NCBI GenBank assembly: GCA_027604505.1
Contig: JADIIX010000069.1
Location: 1 to 64,000 of the forward strand
Direction of reading: 5' to 3'
Length of the DNA: 64,000 bases
Source: Gonapodya sp. JEL0774
Lineage: Eukaryota
The notes under the pieces were generated by a model. The model saw only the letters and a program-made list of their open reading frames with translations. It was not told the DNA's origin and ran no database searches. Made by a program: the position numbers and the translations under genes. Positions 48,855 to 60,219 of the stretch are shown here, in pieces (positions within the stretch are counted from its first letter, which is position 1; every line of letters starts with the position of its first letter).

Positions 48855-51800
48855 ATGACGGTCGAAACACCCGAGGCACGTCAATTATACGAACCGCGCA
48901 AAGTTGATGGGCCTGTTTTCGCTGGTGTGCATGCCTGGATTAATCCCCTCGTTGGACATGAACGATTTAAAGAAGTAAGTCACAGTTGGTCAACGAATTG
49001 CACACGGAATCGCAAGAATATAGGAGTATTCGAGCGACCGCGAAGTAAAATGAAAAATCGAAGCTTTGTTAGCCGGCTCACCGTGGAATCTACCTCGTCT
49101 GGTGCACTGCGAGAGGACATTACTTCCTTGATTCCTGGCCCGACTTTATGATAACGGAGACTCAGAGTACACTAGTTTTACATTATTCTCATCGCTCGAC
49201 GCCTTGCAGCTCCTGCACTTACTGCGGGAGGGAGGAGGAGAATGTCTTTGGGCTCCTCCCTCTTCATCTGTCGAACCACACGCCGCCGCCGATTCCGATG
49301 CACCAAACACCACTAGTATGAATGTGATCGACCCAGCATTCTTGGTCTCTCAACGTGCCTACGATATCCCCGTCAACGTCACCCACATCGTCACCGATGA
49401 CACAGAGTGGGGAGTGCAGTACATTCGTAAGGAGTTCCTGAAAAGGGAAGGAGACCAAAAGGTTGTCGAAGTTACTGTGAGAGTTCATTGCGGCTTCTCA
49501 GCCCCGCTGTTGTCAGGAGTTCTTTCTGTGAATGCGCTGTGGGCAACCAGGCATCTCACAATCTTGGTTTCAATTTGACTATCAGCCTCTCTGGGTTACA
49601 ATCTGTTCCTCCCAAAAGAAACTTTACGAGTATGTGTTCGTGGCCTGCCCTGACCAGACATGTTCTCTCATGGGGTTGCTCGAAATCTCACTGAAATTCC
49701 TTTCATTTCACCAACCATATTCCAAGACCCTCCCGCTACTCACCCAACCCCACCATGTTTTTTTCGGGCGTCATTGCAACTTGCTCAGGGGTGCGTTTTG
49801 ACCATTGGACGGATCGTGAAACAGGAGTTGTCCCGTCCATTGAACCGTGTCTCCCTCCATCCTCTAGCTCCGGACACCCGATCGCGTTCATATCTTTGGT
49901 GCCATATGTGCATTTGGAGGGCAGTATCGGGATGGCCTCACCGCCGATGTGACACATTTGGTGACAACGGAGGGAGCTGGGGTGAGTCCTTAAAGGCGAG
50001 AACAGTGAAGCTTGATGGCATTGTGGCAATGAACGCCAAAGAACATATAAGTGATGGCAGACGGAGGAGTGGTGGTGTGAGAAAGGATGGAACGGGAATA
50101 TGTCTATCTCTTCTGTCCTGCCCATCTCGCAAGGTGATGGTTCGAACACGAAGTCCACATTTTCATCGCTCCAAACACTTTCACGCAGCAAAAATACCTT
50201 GCCCTTACCACCCATCCCGAGCTCCGTTTGTCCGCGCGTGCCGTCCACCCCCGCTGGGTTGACGACTGCGTGCGAACTCGCACCCTTCTCCCAGTCGAAT
50301 CTTTCGCTCCCCCATCAACTGCTTCTCCCTCTCCCGCCGAGCCGAGCGTTCCCACCACTGCCACCTCACAAAAACCAGAAAATGGCTCTTTGAACAAACC
50401 CCGCTCCCAGTTTCTCGCAGGACGGACAGTCTACCTGGATCCTCGATGTTTCGCACCTTCGACTGGCGCACCAGCAACTGCTTCGGCCCTCCAGCGATAC
50501 TCTCGTTTGATATCCTCCTGTGGCGGCCAGGCTATTACCAATCTCCCGCCGCTTCCATCCCCACCCCCTTCTCCGCCTTCACTTCCACCCGCGGGTGTAC
50601 CACACATGGCAGTGCTGCTCAACAGGGGGGACCCCAGAACTCATTTGGAAAGTCTTGGATGTTTGGTGGGGAGTTTGGACTGGCTGAGAGACGTCATTGC
50701 CGGTGAGAGGATAACGCCACCAAAGCAAAAGGTGTTGCACTACCCGAAGCCCACGAACGGCGTTCCAGGGGCGGGCGATTTTGTGAGTTGTTACAAATGG
50801 CTAGCAAAGATTAAAGAAATTTCACGCTGATAACACCAATTCACTGTGCTCCGGAGGACCACAGGTCATCTGCGTGAGCAACTACAAAACGCGGGCGGTG
50901 CGTGACGACGTTCAGAAAATGGTGGAGTACATCGGTGCCAAGTACACCAGCTCCCTAACTCCGCGGAATACTCACTGCATATGTGCCGAGCCAACTGGTG
51001 ACAAGTACACTCACTGCCTGGAGTGGAACATAGAGGTTGTCACACATCGATGGGTTTGTATTCATCTGGTCCATGAGGTGTCTCTTTTGCCCAGAACTCA
51101 TTCATTCGGGTTTTCAGCTTGAAGACACCCTGTCTCGTCTCAAGGTACAACCACTCTCTAGACCAGAGTACTCGTTCGTCGGAGCCGACCGTACGGCGCT
51201 CGAAGGCATAGCAGGTCGGAAAGCAATCGAGGTGCCAGATGATGTTGTATCGTTAGAAGGCACGCCCAAAAAAGCACTGGTCCAACCGACATCGGCGTTA
51301 GAGCCATCATCTGAGGCTCCGGCAAATCTGCGGCCTGGGCAAACCACCTCCTCTGAGGCAATCAAAGATGTTAGTGGAGCTGGGGAGAGCTCAGGCAAAT
51401 CCCAGTTGACCAATGGGGTTCCACCGGTCACAGTCGAGAGTGTTACAACGGATGTTGGGAAGGAAGAGAAGAGTCAGGTCACCACTGCGCCACCTGCTCC
51501 CCTCAGTACACCAACCTCTGCAAAACTGGTATCGGAGACCGCCAAGCCAATCGCGCAAAGCGCGCCGTCCTTACCTGCCGTGTCGGAGCCCAAGCCCTCA
51601 TCAACCAAACGGAAACCGCCCGATCAACAATCCCCCAATCGGTCCAAACGAGCTCGCCCATCATCTGAAAGGGTGGATTTGCGAGCGTCGGATAAAGAAG
51701 TAATCATAGACCATACACCTAGCACGAACGCAGTAGCGACGGCCCGTAGTCCCCCCCCCGCGTCGACACCCGTAAGGTCTCCGTCCGCCAAATCCTCCAC

Positions 51801-52900
51801 ACCTAAACGGCAAGCAAGGGCGGAGAAGTCCACTAGAAGCAATATCCGTGAGGGGTTGGTAAAGAGCTCGGTGAAAAAGCCAGCGATAATTGAAACTGGA
51901 ACTCGGTTGTTGACAAAATCGGAGTGAGTGTGTGGTGTATGCAAAGCGCGTATCCTTATCTTTTTGGTTGCACTCATTCTCACCATTTAATTTTGGCCTT
52001 CGCTAACACGACATTAGTTGGAAGGTGAGGTTGGGCACTTAACCCCCTTGCATTCCACCATCTTGGACAAGAGATCGTTGGTGCTGATTCACTTATGCTC
52101 TGCAGAATATTGTGAAAATCGGCGGCACGGAAGCCGCCTCAATCGAAGAAGCAACTCATGTTGTGACCAACCGGGTCACGCGCACGGAAAAATTCTTCGC
52201 GGCGCTGTGCTTATGCAAGTTTATTGTGGATCCATCGTGGGTTCTGGACAGTGTTTCGGCCGGCGCCTGGCTGGGTGAGTCTTGCTGTTATGCCGGGAAA
52301 GGCGGGATTGTTCCAAAATGAAGCAGATGCCTTTCGCAACACCGTTCATAAAAGATGAGAGTGCCCACGTTGTCAAGGACGCCGAAACAGAGAAAGTACT
52401 GAAGTTCAACTTGGTGGAGTCGATGCAGAGAGCGCGTCGTCGCAAATTGCTGACCAACCGTGTAGTGTGTGTTACACCGTCAGTTTTGCCGAGCGAGACA
52501 ATTATCAAGGGAATTGTGGAGAACGCTGGAGGCAAGGCATGTTCGATGGAATGAACTTTCGTGCCTTTCGCATGGTCACAATGTACATTTCCGTGAACGT
52601 AGTTTGTCTCGCAGCCGTCTCCGCGGAAAATCCGAGACATGATGGATGATACCATTGTTCTTTCTTGTGTGGCAGACGAGAAAATGTGGCGTGCGTTCAC
52701 AGAGAGGAATTTAAATGTGTGGGTTCGCGTTCTGGTGGCGATTGCTGCAGTTTCAAAAGCGTGGCTTTCCGACCTGTGCGCTCTCAATTTGAGACAGATA
52801 TACGACTGAGCTTCTTCTGCAGGGTCTTATTCGGCAAGAAGTCAATATGGACCAGCCAGACTTGATGCTGGCTGCAGGAAAGGAGCAACCAGAGCAATGA
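48855..52900 (+). CDS. Multi-BRCT DNA-damage scaffold (Rtt107/Brc1-like)
   Basis: N-terminal BRCTs (VFAGVHAWI, PLWV, MFFSGVIATCS, GSLDWLRD...LHYP, VSNY...VEYIGAKYTSSLTPRNTHCIC...VVTHRW), a disordered linker, and a C-terminal BRCT pair (ATHVVTNRVTRTEKFFAAL...IVDPSWV; IVENAGG; GLIRQE). Confidence 0.85.
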
Positions 52901-53084
52901 TAAGATGCAGCTGGACACAACTTTAGTATCCATTCACGTATCACTACGCACGCATGTATAAGTTCTTCAGATTGCATAACGCATATTTTTAGTTGAAACG
53001 TACATACTGGGTGCGTACATAAGTCCCGGCAACAATACCGCCGCACTCTGCGCTGCGGAGCTGCATGACGCGAAGTCCCAGTTT

Positions 53085-54066
53085 ATGCCAACTTCGTGGG
53101 CAAATCCTCCCCGATCGACGAAAGCAGTTTTTCGATCCACCACTCCGCCACCGTCCAATCCCTTCGTGCTTTGCGTGCGCTTTCATGGCGTCGCGGCACT
53201 CTGCGCCGCTCTCGTTGTCCTGCCGCTCATCGCTCTGATTCTGGGCTCGCTCCGTGTTCCGAGAGACATGTGGGGCGAGGTTCTTCCCCTAGCCTTCATC
53301 CAGCATTCTGACAATCCCAAGGCGTACTGGTGTTCCACGGCCAGTCTCGAGGAGAACGACTTCACTTGCTACCTACGCGGACCGGACAGTCTGGAGAGAT
53401 TTCTGGCGACGATGATCGGAGGGCCATTCGGTGGGACGGTTTTGGGACTGTGGAAGGTTGACATGGATGCGGATGTCGACGTTATGGAGTTTGAGGATCG
53501 GCGGGTGGGGTCGGGTTTGGGACTCAATACTTCTTTGGGAGGAGGCCGCATGTTGCATAGAGCTGGAAAGTGAGTAACTAAGAAGAGAGCGTCATGTGGG
53601 CCTCCACCACGACTCGTGGGCAACGAAATCGTGAGGGTACTGGTAAACCTCCGACCGTTTGCTCAAGAACACTCTTCTCGTAGCTCATATTCAACCGTCC
53701 AAATCCTCGAGCTTTGCTCAACTTAAATGTGGACTCATGCGGTGTTCTCCTTCGACCCACAGCGGCGTGCGCACTTTCCCCGACACCTCTCCCTCCTACT
53801 ACTCCCTCCCCCGCCCCCACGCCAGCCGCCGTCTCACCGCCCTGAGCGGCCCCGATATCCGGGCACTCTTTCGCGCTCTTGATACCAATGGTGACGGACT
53901 GTTAGACTTTCCGGATATCATGGGTTCGTGGGACAATTGGGACCACCACAAGCCTTGGAAACTGGAGGTGTTGCTGGACAGGTGGAAAGTGACGAAGCAG
54001 AGACGTGCTGAGGGGAAGAGGACGTATGGGGACGGGTTTGGATGGTGGAGCGATTTGGGATACTGA
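53085..54066 (+). CDS. Small membrane-anchored protein with a single EF-hand
   Basis: TM segment VAALCAALVVLPLIALILGSL. A putative intron 53570-53762 joins it to ORF 53659-54066, which carries IRALFRALDTNGDGLLDFPDI. Confidence 0.55.
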
Positions 54067-54072
54067 TGGGAG

Positions 54073-54335
54073 GGATACAATATTCTCACTCCAGTTCAGT
54101 CTCCGGTAGTGGATGACCACAATTATTCAGCTCTGTCAGCAGTCCTGGTGGAGTTCAGCTGCACATCTAGCTGGATACCAATACTCTGACTCCGGTTTAG
54201 TCTCCAGTAGTGGATAACCACACTGGACTTAATGGTTCCGCTCTTGCAGCAGTCCTAGTGGAGTTCAGCTAGATAACTAGCTGGATGCCAATACTCTGAC
54301 TCCGGTTTAGTCTCAAGTAGTGGATGACCACAATT
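54073..54335. repeat. Degenerate tandem repeat, ~2.5 copies of 100-110 bp
   Basis: GTAGTGGAT(G/A)ACCACA at 54107, 54207 and 54317. The intervening CAGCAGTCCT(G/A)GTGGAGTTCAGCT is also repeated. Confidence 0.92.
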
Positions 54336-54456
54336 GTGGAGGGTGGTTGAAGGATGTTACCCGTAACTGAAGTGCGTGCTCGAATATAGTTTCTTAATTC
54401 CATACGATGAATTGATTAATGGCAATGTTCTGTACATAGTATTGACATGAAAACCG

Positions 54457-55493
54457 TCATGCGTCATCCATTTCCTCGTCCACCAAATCCACCACAGGAC
54501 TCCCCGTATTGTTGTACTCCTCATCCACATCACCCCCATCCCCGTCCTCGTCCCCAATACCACCTGCTCCCATCCCGTCGTCGCCACCGTCCGCGTCAAG
54601 ATCGCCGTCGAGCACCCGGCTGTCGTCCAGTGCTGGGTCGTCTCGTTCCTCGGATGGTTCCCGGTCTTCGCGATCTTCGTCGGCGTCGCCATCTGCGTCG
54701 GCGCGAATAGGGTCCAGGAGGGGTTTGGTGACTGGGGAAGGGAGGTCATGGGGTGTGCGGGGGAGCAACCGGCCGATAGGATCACTTGTCTTGCGATGGT
54801 TGAGGTATACATCCTGTTGGCCACTCGCGACAATTCCCCCACATAATGGGGCCAGGTGGTAGTACCAGAATTTACTTTTACCCGTGATATATACGTTGCT
54901 CGAACGGAAGGTAGGACCCATTGACAAGAAATCATTCCAAGAGAGCGGTCGATAACCATCCACCATCCTCAACCCAAGAGTTTTTCATCAAACATGTTGT
55001 GACTCCACTCATTGTCTCCAAGTTCAGTCAATCAAACAACCGAGAACCGACGCCAAGGTTCATCTTCTGGCAGTTCTGGTGAGCCATGTATTCATTCCAA
55101 ATTCCAAACTCACCGACTTTACACCATCGGAAAACCTTCATCCCGTTCGTTCCCTGTCGCGGCTGGAGAGATGCCGGCCCTCCCAGTCCCGAAGGAATGG
55201 TCACTCCCGGTTTCGGGGGAGTCAATGGAGCCCACCGTCGTTCCCTGAACCCGATGGCATGATTGTTTGCACAAAGGTCGAGATCGAGCGGTATTTTCGG
55301 CGGATGAACGGTGTTTGTCAGCGATCGTTCCCATCATATCGCGACAAGAAGAAGCTGAAACGAACCATCTGTCAACCGGCGCAAAGTAGTCGCGGGACGC
55401 ACGATGGGAGGATTCTCGAGGGGGGTCCGGCGTTGTTTGGGGTTGCACAGGGGGATTTTGAGGTGCGGGTTGTGGGGTTTCTGCGCGTCGCAT
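54457..55493 (-). CDS. Hypothetical protein with acidic C-terminal tail
   Basis: Probable ATG at 55493 (MRRAETPQPAP). The last exon reads YRPLSWNDFLSMGPTFRSSNVYITGKSKFWYYHL... and ends in a D/E/G-rich tail. Internal splicing is not fully resolved. Confidence 0.45.
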
Positions 55494-56687
55494 TGTTGGG
55501 AATCGCCGTTCTGCTGGGCAAGGAGTTGCAGAAGTGCACATCGAGCTGCTGCGCACTATTCAACAACAGCAGATGCACGACCAACAAATTGATGTATTCG
55601 AATAGGAAGCAAACTCTCTTTTGGTTTGCCATTTGCGTACCTGGGATAAAGAACACGTAGAACAGGCATCCACGGTGAACTGAGTTGCCAAAGCGGACTC
55701 AATTCCTTTACATTTAACGGATCTGAAACACACCACTGTGAGCTGACTGCATGCTCTTGATTCAAGATTGATTGGTTGGTTTTGATAGTAATAGTTTTGT
55801 TATTGTGCAAGGGAGAAAAGGCGGCGAGTGGCACCGGCCCCATGCATATCAGCAGTGGCAGCACGATAGCAATTAAAGACAGATGTACTAGGAGAAGGTG
55901 AACATGTCACTTAAGCAACTTAGAGACAGGTATGCTGTCCCGTTGACTGTACGCCGGTAGGTCCCGGTGCTCCGTGCGTACAGCAAGTGATTCCAGAGCA
56001 GTTGGTTAGGAGATTCCAGAAGTTCCATGAATAATAATACACAAAGCTAGCGGATAGACGAAAGACGGATGTCTGGCGGTTGCCTGTTCATCCATGGGAT
56101 TACGTACAAATCCGCAAGCAACACACGCAATTGCAACATTGCAACACATTAAATATGTATACTTATTACGTATTATTAAAGCAGAGGACTCTATGGTGAG
56201 GACTCTAACTCTTAACGGGAGATTGTGTTTGAGCCGCAGCGGCTGCTGGGAAAAGGACGGCGGTGTGAAAACTTGGATCGGATCACATGAGTCGCGCTAA
56301 AAGTCGAACAGCAACCTCCGCTGTAAGCCCAAGAAGGTCGACGCATTGCATTGTTGCATCGGATCAGCGCTGGTTGCCGCCGACCCAAAAGGGGGACTCG
56401 CCGGCTGGACGGTTTCAGGTTTGTCCCGGACTCGCAAAAATAATATGGACTCGTTTCATATATGATCAGAATTTAGAATTCATGTTTTTGGATGTCCTTG
56501 TCCCTGAGGGGATTCATAAATAAAAAGCAAGGAGGTAAAAAAAATGGGATCCGCGGAACGCAACCCAGGTGGCCCTAATGAATCTGTGGAACCTATAATT
56601 GAAAATCCACCATCACTTCCAAAGGATCGCGAGTTATCTACGCTATTTATGTTGCGCGGGCGATTAACCCGTGCAGCATCTGGTCAC

Positions 56688-59200
56688 ATGAGGACGATTC
56701 TCGCTGTTCTCGTCCTCTTCGTCGCCAGGCAAGCAGCCAGCCTCCCCCATGAACTCGCACCGGGAACGAAACCCATGGGTTTCAGTTTCGCGGCCGTAAA
56801 TGGCTTCGGCAACTCGTCACTTCGTCGGATCGGTGATGGGCCAATGGGGGACGACGAGATTCCGGAAGGATTCAGAAAGATTCATTGGACGGAATCAATG
56901 AAAGGAGCTATTGCAGAGGACGCTCAAGGAGGCAACCTCACCAAGAGACAACAGACTTGCAACTGCTATGGGTTTGGCAACTATCTGTGCTCACAGGTTC
57001 GTGGTAACGACCTAGAGTTTCAACCGCCGCCCCACACAAAAAAAAAACTTATTCATGCTGGGAAAATTACACACTACTCGTAACAGGTGAACAAGTGCTG
57101 CGGATCTTCCAGCTACGGATGGGCATGTGGTGGTGCTGATGTGAGTTGGATTGTCGGATCTCAGCAGAAGAGGCAAACCTTTTCTCTCGTCCATATGACG
57201 CCGGGCTGACATTCGCCACTCTCAAAAGTGGTGCTCAACCACTCCTGGCTACTGCGTACAGTGCACTACGTGCTGTTGTTCCCCCAGTGTATGCTACACC
57301 GCCAACAACATCGTAAGTGTCCTTGTTCTGTCTGTCAATCGCCAATTTCCGCGATCACCCTCAAACGAAGTCCTTCCGTCTCATTCCTATTTTGGCAGAT
57401 TTGTTGCGGAAATTACCAATGGGGTTGTTATCGAGGACAGGAATGCTCGACAACGTTTGGTAAATGCGTGGAACCATGCTCAGCTCGAGGTCTCGTTGAC
57501 TGTGGTCCCAGCCATTGTATGCTTCCTGGAAGCACTTGCGTAAGTCAAGAGCCGTCGAATCTCTGTTTGCGAACCGAAAATTCACTGAACTGATACCACC
57601 ATTATTGTGTGACTCCTTGTAGTGCGACACTACCCAGGGCCTCAGCTGCGACTATCCGACCACAAAGTGCTGCCAGAACGGTTGCTGCCGATCAAGTGAG
57701 CGCTCTGTCACACTCTGTGACGAAATCATGGTTGTTGTTTTGCCTTTTCTCATACGAACCGTTCACCCACAAAACAAAAAGCCGATACCTGTAATCTGTA
57801 CACGTGTAGCGCTCCGGCACCGCCACCTCCACCTCCTCGTCCACCCCCGCCGCCTCCACCTCCACCTTCGTCCTTCCCCCCACCGCCACCACCCTCCTCC
57901 AGCGGTGCCCCGCCTCCACCCAGATCGGGCGACGGTCCACCTCCACCTCCACCTCCCGTTAGCGGTGAGAACTTGTGCCTCCGAAACGATATGGCTAAAT
58001 TAGCATGCAACTGACATAACACTCATTCCCCTCATTCTAACCCTTGTGATTCTGAGGCGGTGACGAAGGGGACGTCGGCTCCTCCACCTCTGGAAGTTCG
58101 ATCGTGACGTCGAGCTCCAGCAGTGCGCGAACCGGCAAAATCATCGGCGGCGCTGTTGGTGGGGCAGTAGGTGTCGCAGTTATTGGAGGGATCGCATACG
58201 CGGTCGCCAAGGCGAAAGGAACCGCCGCTGCTTCGGCCGCTGCCGCTGCCGGCGCTTCAAAGTCGGCGGCAGGAATGAGTGGTGGTGCCGTTGCCGGCCA
58301 GCAGTCACCCCTCCTCGGTGGTGGGCACAGCGTTGCTGGTGTGGCGGGTGGAGGAGCACCGCCGCCTCCTCCGCCAGGTGGGGCTGGTGTCCCACTTGGA
58401 CACGCACCTCCTCCAGCGTACGGGGTACCCATGGCCGATCCAACATCACCCGGAGTTGGAATGCATGCTGCAGCAACGAACATGGGACCGGGAATGGGTC
58501 CTCAAGGCATTGTTATGCAAGATCCGTCCGCACACGCGGCAATGGCGAATGCCGGGGCACAAGGAGGAGGAGGCTTAGCGCAGGCGCCTGCAAATGCGAC
58601 TGCGGCAACGGGAATGCAAGGGGCTCCTTTGCATGATCCCACTGCCATGGCTCAAGGAGTTCGGGATATCGCAGGACAAGGCGCTGGCGCCGTAAATGCG
58701 AACGCAACCACTGCTGCAATCCAACCGGGCGCCGATGTAATGGGTCAGGGCTTGGCTGGAGGATCAGCACAACCGCTGAGTGGTTCTGATTTAGTGAGGT
58801 GAGTGCCGAACAAGCAATCTCTTGTGACAGGTTTGGAATTTTGCACGCCACTTGCACCAGCTCACCGATCCTGTCCGGCGTGACGTACCTGTCCTCAAGT
58901 GGAGCGACCGCTGTCTCCGCCAGTGCTGCCAGCGGTGCTGCTGCTTTCGGTGGGGCAGTGGGAGTTGGTGCAGCTGCTGCAGCAATGCCTGGCATGGCTG
59001 GAACGCCGCCGCCTACGCACCCACTATTCAATTTGCTTGCCGGCCCAATCTCACCAGGTACCATTGAAGTCCCCTACTCAGGAGCTCCTCTGATGTCTTT
59101 CGCAAAGGTGGACTTGGATCGCGTTTTGCATTGTCTCCCAATTCTGACATTAATCTATTTTTTTTGGTTGCTGCCAGTTCAACCCCTCTTCATCCGATGA
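56688..59200 (+). CDS. Cell-surface protein: signal peptide, KR pro-site, Cys-rich domain, polyproline stalk, TM helix, Gly/Ala/Pro-rich tail
   Basis: Signal MRTILAVLVLFVARQAAS and LTKR|QQTCNC. Several short Cys-rich exons (KCCGSS, CTTCCCSP, ICCGNY, TKCCQNGCC), PPPP runs at 57810-57960 and TM IIGGAVGGAVGVAVIGGIAYAV. The 3' end is uncertain. Confidence 0.8.
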
Positions 59201-60219
59201 GATGGCGGTGCTGCCACAACAAATGTTTGATGTTAAGACACTCTATCGTGACGGGTAAGTCATTTACGCGTATTGTATCTGATCAAACGCGCTATGTAAC
59301 GATATGTTGAAATGAAATGTTTAGTTGGGCTGCCGCCTGGTGCTTGGACACGGGGTCATTCGGTTTCATTCCTCTGCAAGTATTCTGCCTGTCCTCTTTC
59401 TGATTCACAGGCAGCATTTTGATTCTCTTTTGTTCCTGCAGAAATTGCCTGGACCTTCGGAGTGTCCGATCGGAAAGTCCCTTGGGCAGCCCGATCCTCA
59501 ATGCTTCTCTTCCACCCCCACGAAGCGAGTCCCAACGCATTCCACTACCCAATTCGGGGGTTGTAGGATGAGCAAGTTCTTTTCGTTTCTTTGGTGACCA
59601 AGGATTTGTGATAGAAGGGCTTGGAGGACTTGTTTGGGATAAATTCGTATGCCTGGTGTGACACAACAGGAACAATCCCGTGAATTATATAAGAGTTAAC
59701 CCTTGACTGTAGTACTCAGTAGGAATTCTTTATCGTAGCTTCTTGTGAAATATTGAGGTTGCGCCAACATACACACCGTACAAGATGAATCACAGTACAT
59801 CATGACTGCTGTCGCTCAGCTGAACTGCCGCCACCGGTTTTGAGATATCATAATTCTCCCATCCGGACTACCCATCCTATTAGAGATACGCACGAACTGT
59901 GCACCGTGAAACTGCTGTACAATTGCATATCACCGCTATGAATTGATCGGAGACGGGGAGAACTCGTCAACTATGTACGGTCGCTTCAATTTATTGCAGG
60001 TATGAAATATTTGCTACCATTAATAGAATGGCTCCTCAAAGAGTATCATATGCAATGTTAAGTGCGATGAATGGGATTCTCAAGATGTTGATGCTCTTAC
60101 TCCCCACGTTTTGCTGGGTCGAAAACTGTCCGAGACAATGGAATCCTCTTTCTTCGGATTGGTCCTTGCAAAATCACGTAGCAATTAGCAAATGTAGCAG
60201 AATCGATGTTCCCAGGCTC

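Noticed and set aside
54073..54335. CRISPR-like appearance of regularly spaced repeats
   Set aside because: The would-be spacers are themselves similar to each other, the units are long and degenerate, no cas genes are present and the context is eukaryotic.
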